From: Candidatus Thalassarchaeum sp.
GTDB lineage: Archaea > Thermoplasmatota > Poseidoniia > Poseidoniales > Thalassarchaeaceae
Length of the DNA stretch: 64,000 bases
Direction of reading: 5' to 3'
NCBI GenBank assembly: GCA_022451235.1
Contig: JAKUOA010000006.1
Span: 44,413 to 108,412, forward strand
Each line of letters opens with the position of its first letter. Position 1 is the first letter of the stretch. The translations under genes and the position numbers were made by a program. The notes under the pieces were generated by a model. That model saw only the letters and a list, made by a program, of their open reading frames with translations. It had not been told where the DNA came from and searched no databases. Shown in pieces: positions 10,110 to 19,623 of this stretch.

Positions 10110-13100
10110 ATGCACTTACTGAGAATAGAAGTGGAGAACTTCAAGTCCTTTGGCGGTGAGATTACCATACCCTTCGATGAAGGGTTTACTGCGATAACCG
10201 GCCCTAATGGGTCAGGGAAGTCAAATTCTGGTGATGCCATACAATTCGTACTCGGCACTCGTTCGACAAAAGTCATGCGAGCAGACAATGTTGGCGACTT
10301 AATATTCAACGGTGGAAAGCGCGGTAAGCCTGCCCGTCACATGTCGGTGACTCTAGTTTTTGCAAACAAGCCCGAATTAGGCGGGCGACGAAGGTTACGT
10401 ATCGATGAGGATGAAGCATCATTCACAAGGTCTGTCCGCCTGAACAGAAAGAATCAACCGATTTCATCTTACAAAATTGGGGAACGCAGTGTCACTGCAA
10501 CCGAGATGAGAAGAACTCTTGCAGAAGCCGGATTACACGGCGACGGATACAACATAGTTCTGCAGGGGGACGTAACAAATCTTGCAACCATGACTGATTG
10601 GAAGAGAAGAGGAGTTCTAGAAGAGGTAGCTGGAGTTACTGCTTATGATTCAGAAATCCGCTCAGCAAATAATCAACGTAAAGTGGTTGAGAATGATATT
10701 GAGACTATCGAATTGTTTGAGTCGGACCAGAAGACTCGTTTGAAGAAGTTGGAAAAGGAGAGAGAACAGGCTCTCAAGTATCGCGACCTTAAGGAGCAAT
10801 TAGATCAAGCTAGAATCATATTGGCTCAGGCCAAGTATCGTAACCGAGTCGAAGAGATTCGTATGCTCAATGAAGACCATGGAAAGTATCAGGAAAAGAG
10901 CAACAAGGTCCGTGAAAGTGTCAGAAGTAACGAATCTCGTCTTTTACAACTCGAAGAAGAATTGGTCAATGTCTCTCGTGAACTTGAGGATATGGCGACT
11001 GGAGAATCAAAGGCAGTCATGGATGAGATTCGGACTTTAGAAATCGAATTAGAGACCAGCCGTGATAGAATTGGCGACCAAAACCGAGCCTCTGAAGACG
11101 CGACAGATGAAATCGAGTTTTTCCAAGCCGACCTAGAATCAGCCGAGGCAGCCATTCAACAACTCGTAGACGAAATCGAGGCGGCCAAACAATCCGTCAC
11201 GGATGCCGACAACGCCCTGGATGAGGCGGAACAAAATGAGTCGGAGGCTCGAAAAGCCATTGAATCCGGAGACAAGCATTCCCGTGATTTGAATCGAGCC
11301 TTAGGATTAGCAAATGAGGAACTATCCGAGGTACATGACAAGATGGCTGAAGCCAGACTAGAATCTGATAGAGCCGAGCAAGCGGCAAGAATTGCATCGG
11401 ACAATCTAGCGGATTTGGAGGAACAATACGAGGTCGTATCACTTGAGAGAGACGACCTCGAGCTAACCGGCGAGGGTCTACAAGAAGAAAAGCCGGTAGA
11501 GGATAGAGAATCATTGGCTGTTAAACTAACACAATTACAGAAACAGGAGGTCGCACTTCGCGGCGATCGCGATAGTGCGGAGGAACAATTGAGAAATGCA
11601 AATCGGTCACTTGACCGCGCTCGTGCCGCACAGGAGGCTAGAGCCTCGAAACCAGGTTCCGCAGTAACTCTACGCGCATTATCAAAACTTAGACAGAGCG
11701 GGGAAATCCGGGGAATTCTCGGATCGCTTGGAGAATTGACTTCACCAAAGGATGACTCACACGAAGAGGCATTAGCATTCGCACTTGGTGGCGGTATTAA
11801 CTCAATCGTTGTCAGCGATGATGAGGTTGCTGCAAGTTGTATCAAGTGGCTTGGTGCAAATGGTGGTGGAAGAGCAACATTCCTGCCTCTCAACAAGATT
11901 AGTGCCTCTCGTGCTCAAGGCCGTGCGCTAATGGTTGCTAGAAACCCCGGAATTATTGGATTTGCGCATGACCTATTGGATTACGATGAGGAAATTGAAA
12001 CTGCTGTGCGCTTCGCCTGTAGAAATACATTGATTGTTCAGTCGATGGACGTTGCACGCCGCAATATGGGCGGAGTTAGAATGGTGACTCTTGATGGTTC
12101 AATAGTCGAAGCGACTGGCGCTATGACAGGTGGTTCTTCAGCAAAGGGAACACGTCCTTCATTCGGTGGTGCTGGTGCAGCTGGCGCCGGAATGGAGAAT
12201 CTAGAATCAGCAGTTAACAGAGCCAACTTGAGGTATTCAACAGTGGAAGCTGCACTGAAAGAAATCCGTGACAACATGAATAATCTTCGAAACCAAATTC
12301 ATGGACTCGATGATAGCGATCACTCTGTAAAAGTTAGGAATTGGAAGGCTGATGTTAAGATCGCTCAGAAGCAAGTGGATGATATCTCAAAGAAGGTAGT
12401 CGATGCTCGCAAAGAATATGAGAGATTGGAATCCGCGAGCCAAAACGCTACTGCTGCGGCTGTTGAATCAGAAAAAGAACACACAGCCGCTGTCGATGCT
12501 CGTCGATTAGCCGCGGAGGCATTACAGAATCATACACCTGATCATCTCTCGCAAATTCTTCGAAGCGCTCAGGACACACGAACCGAGGCTGAGCGCACTA
12601 AACTTAGAGCTGAATCTGACATTGTAACCGGTGGCGAGAAACTCAAGGTTCTCGAAGACAGAAAGAAAGATCTCGCCAGGTCTGTTGAGAGACAAAACGA
12701 AATCATTACAGAAGCCACAAAGACGATTGAGAAACTTCAGAATTCAATTCAAAAGGCAGAAGAAAGTCTCAAAGAACTCAAATTACAAGCTTCACAATTC
12801 AATGAAGAGCATCAGATTCTCAGCCAGCGTAAGGACGAGATAGTCGACGAGCGTGCAAGTCTTCGAGCTCATGTAGAACAGATGCAGACTCAGCGTGAAA
12901 CAATCAAAGCGAGATTGGAAGGTCTCGTGGAGAGCATCAGGAACAAGGAAGAGACCTTGGTCGAATTACAGAGTGATTTAGCCGAGAATCAAATCGAACT
13001 TCCTGATTTAGAAATTCAATTGCCAACAGTGGCCGAGGCGGAGAAGGGGGTGCAGGGCCTAGATCGCCGCCTCGGCCAACTCGGCGACGTCAATATGCTA

Positions 13101-14039
13101 GCGATAGAAGACTACGACATAACTGTAGAGAGAATCGCCGGACTCGTCGCCGACGGAAAACTCTGCAAGGAGAGGCATGCAATGTTGGTTAGTCTTGCAG
13201 AACAACTCGAAGACGAGAGAAAGACAAGACTTCTCGCCGTCTTCAATGAAGTCAACCAGAACTTCACTCGTGCCTACAAGTTGCTACAGCCTGGTGGAGA
13301 GGGTGAATTGCAACTTGAGAACACCAAGAATCCATTTGAGGGTGGACTCAGGATGGCTTGTATTCCTCCTGGTAAGAGTAAGAGAACTCGTCGAAGTTTC
13401 CTCTCCGGGGGAGAAAAGTCGATGGCGGCCCTGGCTTTCGTTTTCGCGATCCAAGATTACGAACCTAGCCCATTCTACTACTTTGACGAGGTTGACCAGA
13501 ACCTTGATCCATTCAACGCTGAGCGAATCGCTACTCTCTGTAGAATTCGTAGTACCCACGCTCAATTCATCATGGTGACTCTAAGAAAGGTCAGCCTTAC
13601 ACTTGCTGACCACCACATTGGAATTACCCATGCGGGAGATGGCCGCAGTCGTCGAATTACCGACTTCGACAGAGCAGCTGCAATCGAACTTGGAGAAGAA
13701 TTCGAGGCCGAGCAAGAGGCACTGAAAGAAGCACAAAGTGCCAAGGAAGGAATGGGCGACTTGCCAAGCGCTGAGACCATGCCAAAGGTGCCTGAACCAA
13801 TGGATCGTCCATTGAGCCTAGGCGGCCTTGCCGATAGGGCTGGCGTTGAAGTGTCCGATGATGCTGAAGAAGAGGACTTAGACCCAAGTGAATCAACCAT
13901 GTCTTCACTGAAGGAAAGAACTGACGAATGGAGTGAAGATATCGCAGAGAAGGAAGCAGCCATTCCTCAACAGGAAGAGGAAGAAGAGCAGGTTGACAGC
14001 GAAGCAGCAATCGAGCAGGAGTTGGAGAGAGAAGAATGA
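10110..14039 (+). CDS. smc: Chromosome segregation protein SMC
   Basis: GPNGSGKSN Walker A, coiled coils, hinge (GRATFLPL, VTLDG..GAMTGG), LSGGEKS signature, FDEVD Walker B. Confidence 0.97.
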   Translation: MHLLRIEVENFKSFGGEITIPFDEGFTAITGPNGSGKSNSGDAIQFVLGTRSTKVMRADNVGDLIFNGGKRGKPARHMSVTLVFANKPELGGRRRLRIDEDEASFTRSVRLNRKNQPISSYKIGERSVTATEMRRTLAEAGLHGDGYNIVLQGDVTNLATMTDWKRRGVLEEVAGVTAYDSEIRSANNQRKVVENDIETIELFESDQKTRLKKLEKEREQALKYRDLKEQLDQARIILAQAKYRNRVEEIRMLNEDHGKYQEKSNKVRESVRSNESRLLQLEEELVNVSRELEDMATGESKAVMDEIRTLEIELETSRDRIGDQNRASEDATDEIEFFQADLESAEAAIQQLVDEIEAAKQSVTDADNALDEAEQNESEARKAIESGDKHSRDLNRALGLANEELSEVHDKMAEARLESDRAEQAARIASDNLADLEEQYEVVSLERDDLELTGEGLQEEKPVEDRESLAVKLTQLQKQEVALRGDRDSAEEQLRNANRSLDRARAAQEARASKPGSAVTLRALSKLRQSGEIRGILGSLGELTSPKDDSHEEALAFALGGGINSIVVSDDEVAASCIKWLGANGGGRATFLPLNKISASRAQGRALMVARNPGIIGFAHDLLDYDEEIETAVRFACRNTLIVQSMDVARRNMGGVRMVTLDGSIVEATGAMTGGSSAKGTRPSFGGAGAAGAGMENLESAVNRANLRYSTVEAALKEIRDNMNNLRNQIHGLDDSDHSVKVRNWKADVKIAQKQVDDISKKVVDARKEYERLESASQNATAAAVESEKEHTAAVDARRLAAEALQNHTPDHLSQILRSAQDTRTEAERTKLRAESDIVTGGEKLKVLEDRKKDLARSVERQNEIITEATKTIEKLQNSIQKAEESLKELKLQASQFNEEHQILSQRKDEIVDERASLRAHVEQMQTQRETIKARLEGLVESIRNKEETLVELQSDLAENQIELPDLEIQLPTVAEAEKGVQGLDRRLGQLGDVNMLAIEDYDITVERIAGLVADGKLCKERHAMLVSLAEQLEDERKTRLLAVFNEVNQNFTRAYKLLQPGGEGELQLENTKNPFEGGLRMACIPPGKSKRTRRSFLSGGEKSMAALAFVFAIQDYEPSPFYYFDEVDQNLDPFNAERIATLCRIRSTHAQFIMVTLRKVSLTLADHHIGITHAGDGRSRRITDFDRAAAIELGEEFEAEQEALKEAQSAKEGMGDLPSAETMPKVPEPMDRPLSLGGLADRAGVEVSDDAEEEDLDPSESTMSSLKERTDEWSEDIAEKEAAIPQQEEEEEQVDSEAAIEQELEREE

Positions 14040-15043
14040 CAGTCTTCGATGCCACTGCAATGAGGGACGATATCGTCGAAAGGCTATTGCAAGGCGAGGA
14101 AGACCTTGAAACCAGCCGTTATCTAGACCGATTGGTAGAGCTAGCTAGTTTAGAAGAAGCGGAACATCAATTCCTAATCGAACCATTTGATCGCTCGGTA
14201 GCATTGGTATTCCAATTATTCAGATCAAAGGACTTAGATCCCTGGGACGTCGATCTTACAAGCTTCCTAGAGATGTTTGAGGCGCGAATCAAAACTACTG
14301 ACAATATCGATTTACCAACCTGTGGTCGACTTATCCGAATGGCTTGGCAGATTCTAAGAGGTCAATCATCCACACTTATCGAGAGACAAGACCGAGCATG
14401 GGATGAACACGAGGAAGAATTCCTTGACTTTGATGTAAGTGGCTGGGAAACAGAATTCACTGAGGATGATTACAACTTCTCTGTAGGAGTTATGACAGGG
14501 GCGGCGGACAATGTACTCCCCTCGATGTTCGAAGGTAGAATTCATCGAGAGGAAAGCCGTCCTGTAACTCTCGGAGAATTACTAATGGGATTACAGAGCG
14601 CTAAACAAATCTCTGAGGATTTGAAACTCAGAGAACAAATCGCCAAAGAGAGGAGAGAAGCTCATGCAAAGGCAAGGGCTAGATTTTCCGGGAGTCTTCA
14701 CATCGAGGATTTGGAAGGAGATCTTCGACGAACATGGAATGCCCTTAGAGACCGGTCTGATGAAGGCGATATGGCGGTCGACCTGAAGGACATTACAACC
14801 TACCTTAGGGACAAATCACTGGAAGGTGGGTTGGAGTTCGATGAAGCGGAGGCCGAAGCACAGGTTACTGCCTTGGTCTCAGCACTATTCCTGACTCACA
14901 GAGGTTATGCAGACTTAACTCAGAAATCAGGCCGTGATGGATTGATTTCCATCAAGGATTTACACCCCGATTACAATGATTTTGATGTGCTAACAGAGAA
15001 AATTAACCCAAAGCCAGAGATGGAGGTGGAAGTAGATGTCTGA
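14036..15043 (+). CDS. scpA: Kleisin ScpA
   Basis: LDPWDVDL motif, 'RPVTLGELL', C-terminal 'LFLTHRG'; ATGA overlap with smc. Confidence 0.88.
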   Translation: MTVFDATAMRDDIVERLLQGEEDLETSRYLDRLVELASLEEAEHQFLIEPFDRSVALVFQLFRSKDLDPWDVDLTSFLEMFEARIKTTDNIDLPTCGRLIRMAWQILRGQSSTLIERQDRAWDEHEEEFLDFDVSGWETEFTEDDYNFSVGVMTGAADNVLPSMFEGRIHREESRPVTLGELLMGLQSAKQISEDLKLREQIAKERREAHAKARARFSGSLHIEDLEGDLRRTWNALRDRSDEGDMAVDLKDITTYLRDKSLEGGLEFDEAEAEAQVTALVSALFLTHRGYADLTQKSGRDGLISIKDLHPDYNDFDVLTEKINPKPEMEVEVDV

Positions 15044-15668
15044 TTCTGTCGAATTATCCACTATTCTTGAAGCTATTTTGTTCAGTGCCGGTCGCTCCAT
15101 GACGGTTGAAGAATTGATGGAGCAAACTGGTAAAACTCGTACAGAGGTTTCCGGCGCTTTGGAGAACTTACGTGCTACAATCAAGCGCCGTAGAGACTCT
15201 GCTTTGCAATTAACCGAAGTTGCGGGCCGATGGATTTTCGAAGTTAGACCCACACTTTCCTCTCATCTACCAGAGTCGGTTAGACCGGATGTTCCAGCTA
15301 GATTGCTACCTGCGGCCGCACTAATCGCTTACCATCAGCCTATGAAGCAAGCGCAACTGGTCGATATGATTGGACCTAAGGCCTATGATAGGGTCAGGGA
15401 ATTAGCCGGATTAGGATTCATCGATAGACGCAGGGATGGGTTGACTCGTCGATTAACAACAACTCGAAGATTTGCAGAATACTTCGGTTGCCCCGATGTC
15501 GAATATCAAAAGGTACGCCAATGGTTCAGGGCAGAAGCCGGAAAGGCTGGACTTACCAGTGCACAGTTGGCTGCATCACTTTCTGATGAACAGATGACTA
15601 TCGAAGAGTTCTCTGAAGCACCATCCGAAGAGGCGCTAGCGATGGAAGCGGCTCAAGGCGACGAGTGA
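15036..15668 (+). CDS. scpB: SMC-Scp complex subunit ScpB
   Basis: LEAILFSAG, IAYHQP, TTRRFAEYFG. Confidence 0.93.
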   Translation: MSDSVELSTILEAILFSAGRSMTVEELMEQTGKTRTEVSGALENLRATIKRRRDSALQLTEVAGRWIFEVRPTLSSHLPESVRPDVPARLLPAAALIAYHQPMKQAQLVDMIGPKAYDRVRELAGLGFIDRRRDGLTRRLTTTRRFAEYFGCPDVEYQKVRQWFRAEAGKAGLTSAQLAASLSDEQMTIEEFSEAPSEEALAMEAAQGDE

Positions 15669-16964
15669 TTACTCGCCACGAACCTGTTGCAATGCAGACT
15701 CAACCGCTGCCATGGTGATTCTTTCGCCACTTTCCCGAACAATCGCCGCCACAGGCTCGATTTCATTTGGAGAGGCGCCAGCACTGGCAATCATGTTGCG
15801 TAAGTGCAGTTTCATGTGACCCGCCTGTATACCAACTGTTGCAAGAGCCCGAAGAGCACCGAGATTCTGTGCGAGACCTGCAGCAGCCATTACTTTCGCT
15901 AGATCATCTGCGGAGTTAATGCCCAGGAGTGCTACATTTGCTTGGGCTCCTGGGTGGATTGTAATCGCCCCTCCGACTAATCCTACAGCCATTGGTATCT
16001 CAATGGAACCAACTAGGTTCCCATCTGTGTCCTTTTCCCAATGAGTCATTGAACCATATCGTCGCTCATGCGATGCATAGGAGTGGGCACCAGATTCTAC
16101 AGCCCTCCAGTCTTGTCCGCAGGCAATTGCAATGGGCGATATTGCATTCATTATTCCCTTGTTATGGGTAGTTGCACGGAATGGGTCTGCTGCCGCGAAA
16201 TGGTAGGCTTGTAAGACACCATCAATCACTTCTGTACCTCTAGATGAATCGTCACCAGTATCGGACATCTCTTCTGGAGTGAAGGTAGCGCTGACTCTGG
16301 CCAACCTATGGACTGCTAGATTGCTAATTATTCGAAGAATGACAGTTCCTCCAGAGATATTTTCTACTCTTGGAGCAATTGTTTCGGCCATTGTATTGAC
16401 TGCATTTGCTCCCATTGCATCTCGACAATCTACCAGAATGTGAACGATTATCATTGGACCTGAATCTGTTTCGATTATTCTGGCTTCAACATCTCTGCAT
16501 CCTCCACCAAATTTCACTAATATTGGATCGACCTCATTACAGGATTCTACCAATTCTTCTTTAGCAGCAAGAATAGCATCCCGAGATGCCTCTGGGTCTT
16601 CACACCCTACTACCTGAATCTGTCCAATCATGACTGGGTCTGTATTGTTTGAGACAAAGCCACCATTCTTCTGACATCTCTTGGCCATGTTTGAAGCGGC
16701 TGCAACAACACTAGCCTCTTCAACCACAAATGGAATTACATAGTGTTCGCCATCGATAATGAAGTTAGTCGCAACACCGATGGGTAGTGAGTATCTGCCA
16801 ATTACATTCTCAATCATTCTGTCAGCTGTACCCTCGTCCAACTCAGCATCTGCCCAAGCCTGGACTTGTTCATCACTGAGGCCAGCAAGTTCTGCGAGCA
16901 TGGCTCTTCGTTCTGGAATTGATAGTTTGTAGAATCCACTCAATCGGCTGTTGTCAACAGGCAT
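15669..16964 (-). CDS. mvaA: HMG-CoA reductase, class II (bacterial type)
   Basis: MIENVIG, EEASVVAA, DAMGAN, THNKGIMN, GIQAGHMKLH. Confidence 0.94.
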   Translation of the reverse strand: MPVDNSRLSGFYKLSIPERRAMLAELAGLSDEQVQAWADAELDEGTADRMIENVIGRYSLPIGVATNFIIDGEHYVIPFVVEEASVVAAASNMAKRCQKNGGFVSNNTDPVMIGQIQVVGCEDPEASRDAILAAKEELVESCNEVDPILVKFGGGCRDVEARIIETDSGPMIIVHILVDCRDAMGANAVNTMAETIAPRVENISGGTVILRIISNLAVHRLARVSATFTPEEMSDTGDDSSRGTEVIDGVLQAYHFAAADPFRATTHNKGIMNAISPIAIACGQDWRAVESGAHSYASHERRYGSMTHWEKDTDGNLVGSIEIPMAVGLVGGAITIHPGAQANVALLGINSADDLAKVMAAAGLAQNLGALRALATVGIQAGHMKLHLRNMIASAGASPNEIEPVAAIVRESGERITMAAVESALQQVRGE

Positions 16965-17127
16965 TGTTTCACCAAACCGTGCGACAACCTTCCGGTTCTA
17001 AGCACTTCGTGGTGACTAATCCCAAATTGCCTATTTTAGACTCAGATGAGGCCCAAGCCAAGAATGCTGATAATCGCCTTCTAATCGGGGCAAAATCAAA
17101 CCGAATAGGTTCATTTCTAGTCTCAAT

Positions 17128-17299
17128 AAAGCGTTAATTTAGCCATTAACGCATTGTTAACGTATTTAGAAAGCGTTAGTAAAGCGTTAATATTTATCGC
17201 TACTATTCAAATTACTGCAAGCCTACTAAACTTTTTATCTATCTGAAAAAACCCAATAATACGTTAATTTCGCATCATTGATGCGTGAGAATACGTGAA
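17128..17299. repeat. AT-rich array of about 8 imperfect 10-mers (core RCGTKAA) in both orientations
   Basis: AAAGCGTTAA 17128; reverse copies at 17145 and 17156; AAAGCGTTAG 17170; AAAGCGTTAA 17181; AATACGTTAA 17258; GATGCGTGAG 17280; AATACGTGAA 17290. Confidence 0.8.
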
Positions 17300-17331
17300 T
17301 ATTATGTACCCCTAGGCTCACGTGTGCGATA

Positions 17332-19287
17332 ATGGCTGAAGGGCCCGCATCGGTACTCGATTTGCCTCCATTACGAGGCAACCCCTTCGATTTACGTCCT
17401 ATCGAAGCAAATCGCGCAGAGTATCTAGTGGGGCGGGATCGATTGCTGGCGGAATGTCGCGAGCACCTAATTTCCCAAACTCCACGAATGCTACTATTGG
17501 TGGGGGATCGTGGATCGGGTAGAACGTCATTCCTCAACGCCCTTGCCTCAACAACATCTCGCCGCCCGTTCATAGGACAATTCTGGCCAGAAGACGATGA
17601 CCCTGTTCAGGGGATAATCCATGAGTTATCTGTATATCTCGGCGGCTTCGATATTCCACCATCTATCCAACAGGCCTCTGACAAGATGGTTGAGATTCTA
17701 GACAAAGAGACAGGAACTTTGCCTCTAGTCGCACTGGATTATCCTGCTAATGTAGATTTGAACCATATGCTATCTCGATTAGCACCTTTACTACAGAGGC
17801 TTCGAGCACTTATCGTGGTCGCAGTTACCCCCTCTCAATTGGCTGGGTTAGATGAGGGGGTGTTGGATATTTTCGACGACCCTCATCATTTACGGAATTT
17901 AGATGAAAAACAAATTCAGATTCTTAGCAATCGTAGAATCTCTCGCGCCGCCAATCAAAAGTGGAATATCAGGGCGAGTCTTCTAACTGCAATTCACCAA
18001 CATACAGATGGTAATCCGCGTAGGATAATTCGCCTATTGAGGGACTTAATCGATGAGCGACATAATCCAGTCGACGGGGGCGTCTTAGATCGGTTAACTA
18101 CCTGGAGAGCTCCACCAGTTCAATCGGAACCCGAAATATTCGAAGAAGAGGAGATAGAATCCGAGATACAAGAACCTACTGAAGAGTTCGAAGAAGTAGA
18201 AATAGAGTCAGAAGATGAAATTTCCCAAATAGATGATTTTGAACTAGAAGAAGAAGAACCCGATGATCTTTGGGATGATGATGACGACGAGGAAGAGTCA
18301 TGGAACGATGAATTCGAGGCACCTGATGAAATTTGGACTACTCCTGAGGAGCCAGAGTCACTAGAAGTTGAAGAGGAAAGATTCCATCAAGCAGAGCAAA
18401 TCCCTGAACCTGAACCTAGCGAAGTGTACCAGAGAGCTGATGATGAGTCTGGATTCTATTTCGTTGAAGAAGGAACAGAGCCGCCTGAATTGCCCGAATC
18501 TAGGAAACCTAAGGGCAATTTTGGACGCTTACTAGGTCGCACACTACAAGCCAATGATAGGATGCCAACAACAGGCGACGATACACCAATTCAAGTCGCT
18601 GAACCTCACAAGAGTTTGGTGCCAAGAACTCCGGTAAAGGAAATGCCTCCCGAAAGCGTAGAGGATGAACAATCGACTGCAAGAATCGATACATCGGTAG
18701 AGTCTGGTATAGAAGAGTCCGTTTTCCATGACGACCAGTCAGTTTGGATGGTTGATTCAGATTCCAAATCTACCTTGCCCAACAATCCTAGGGTATTCGA
18801 ACCAATAGCACCAGAGCCAGAGCCAGTTGTCGAAGAAATTGATACTGAATGGTTCGTCGATGACGCACCTGTAGAAGATGAATTCGAACCAATTCCTGAG
18901 CCTGTTTTTGAGCCGGAACCCCCCCAAGTTAGTATCCCATCAATTCCAACCACACCACCACCAACACCTGTACAAGTCCCGGTCCAAGTTCCAGTTTCAT
19001 TAGGTCCGACATGGGAACCAGATTTACCATTCAATCCCATCGTTTTGCAAACACTGACCGAGGCCGAGAGAATGATTGTCGAGGCCTCGTCGATGCGCGA
19101 AGTCTCTCCCTCGGATAATGAATTACAAGCCCGTTTAGAGGTCGGTCGTTCCCGTCTTTCGCAGATATACAATGGAATGCGACGCAAGGGTCTTCTGTCG
19201 GTAAGAAAGCAAGGTAGAACTCGATACTTCAAACTCAGTGAGGCTGCAAATCAGCACTTGCGTGGGGCGCCACAGGAGGCTGCATAA
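17332..19287 (+). CDS. P-loop/AAA-like protein with long acidic Pro-rich linker and C-terminal winged HTH
   Basis: NPF...LVGRD start, GDRGSGRTS Walker A variant, TDGNPR motif, about 300 aa E/D/P-rich region, C-terminal 'ELQARLEVGRSRLSQIYNGMRRKGLLSVRKQGRTRYFKLS'. Confidence 0.8.
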   Translation: MAEGPASVLDLPPLRGNPFDLRPIEANRAEYLVGRDRLLAECREHLISQTPRMLLLVGDRGSGRTSFLNALASTTSRRPFIGQFWPEDDDPVQGIIHELSVYLGGFDIPPSIQQASDKMVEILDKETGTLPLVALDYPANVDLNHMLSRLAPLLQRLRALIVVAVTPSQLAGLDEGVLDIFDDPHHLRNLDEKQIQILSNRRISRAANQKWNIRASLLTAIHQHTDGNPRRIIRLLRDLIDERHNPVDGGVLDRLTTWRAPPVQSEPEIFEEEEIESEIQEPTEEFEEVEIESEDEISQIDDFELEEEEPDDLWDDDDDEEESWNDEFEAPDEIWTTPEEPESLEVEEERFHQAEQIPEPEPSEVYQRADDESGFYFVEEGTEPPELPESRKPKGNFGRLLGRTLQANDRMPTTGDDTPIQVAEPHKSLVPRTPVKEMPPESVEDEQSTARIDTSVESGIEESVFHDDQSVWMVDSDSKSTLPNNPRVFEPIAPEPEPVVEEIDTEWFVDDAPVEDEFEPIPEPVFEPEPPQVSIPSIPTTPPPTPVQVPVQVPVSLGPTWEPDLPFNPIVLQTLTEAERMIVEASSMREVSPSDNELQARLEVGRSRLSQIYNGMRRKGLLSVRKQGRTRYFKLSEAANQHLRGAPQEAA

Positions 19288-19583
19288 TGTCAGACGAAGG
19301 TTCTACGGTAACGAAAGAAAAAGTCGAGAAGTATCTCGAATTAACAGCAGAAGCACGAGGAAAAGCATCACCGATTGCAGAGTCTGAAGAAGATGTAGCC
19401 AGACTCGATTCAATGATGAGAATGTGTGATGATTACCAAGCAGACGCCAAGCATTTCCTGGAGAAGGGAGATTTGGTTCGAGCCTTTGGAGCGATCAATT
19501 ACGCACATGCTTGGATTGATGCTGCGGTTAGGATTGGCTTGATGGACGGACATGGTGATGATCGCCTCTTCACCCTTCCATGA
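19287..19583 (+). CDS. DUF357 family archaeal protein
   Basis: 'DYQADAKHFLEKGDLVRAFGAINYAHAWIDA' fits DUF357; TAATG overlap with the upstream gene. Confidence 0.88.
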   Translation: MSDEGSTVTKEKVEKYLELTAEARGKASPIAESEEDVARLDSMMRMCDDYQADAKHFLEKGDLVRAFGAINYAHAWIDAAVRIGLMDGHGDDRLFTLP

Positions 19584-19623
19584 CTGCTAACAATTATCTC
19601 CTTCATGTTTTGAGGTGAATACA

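Noticed and set aside
11156-11896. Long antisense ORFs (e.g. 11156-11896, 18606-19232, 48035-48568, 50051-50563, 62887-63405)
   Set aside because: Ser-rich shadows of well-supported genes on the opposite strand with no recognisable motifs
10110-15668. Wadjet/MksBEF-type defence system
   Set aside because: Canonical SMC hinge and smc-scpA-scpB order with no JetD/MksG nuclease; this is housekeeping condensin
16919-17137. 72-aa ORF in the HMGR / AAA gap
   Set aside because: TTG start overlapping HMGR, no SD or motif, and it ends inside the repeat array
17128-17299. CRISPR array or dif site
   Set aside because: Repeats are about 10 bp, in mixed orientation and without spacers; no convincing 11-6-11 inverted dif structure
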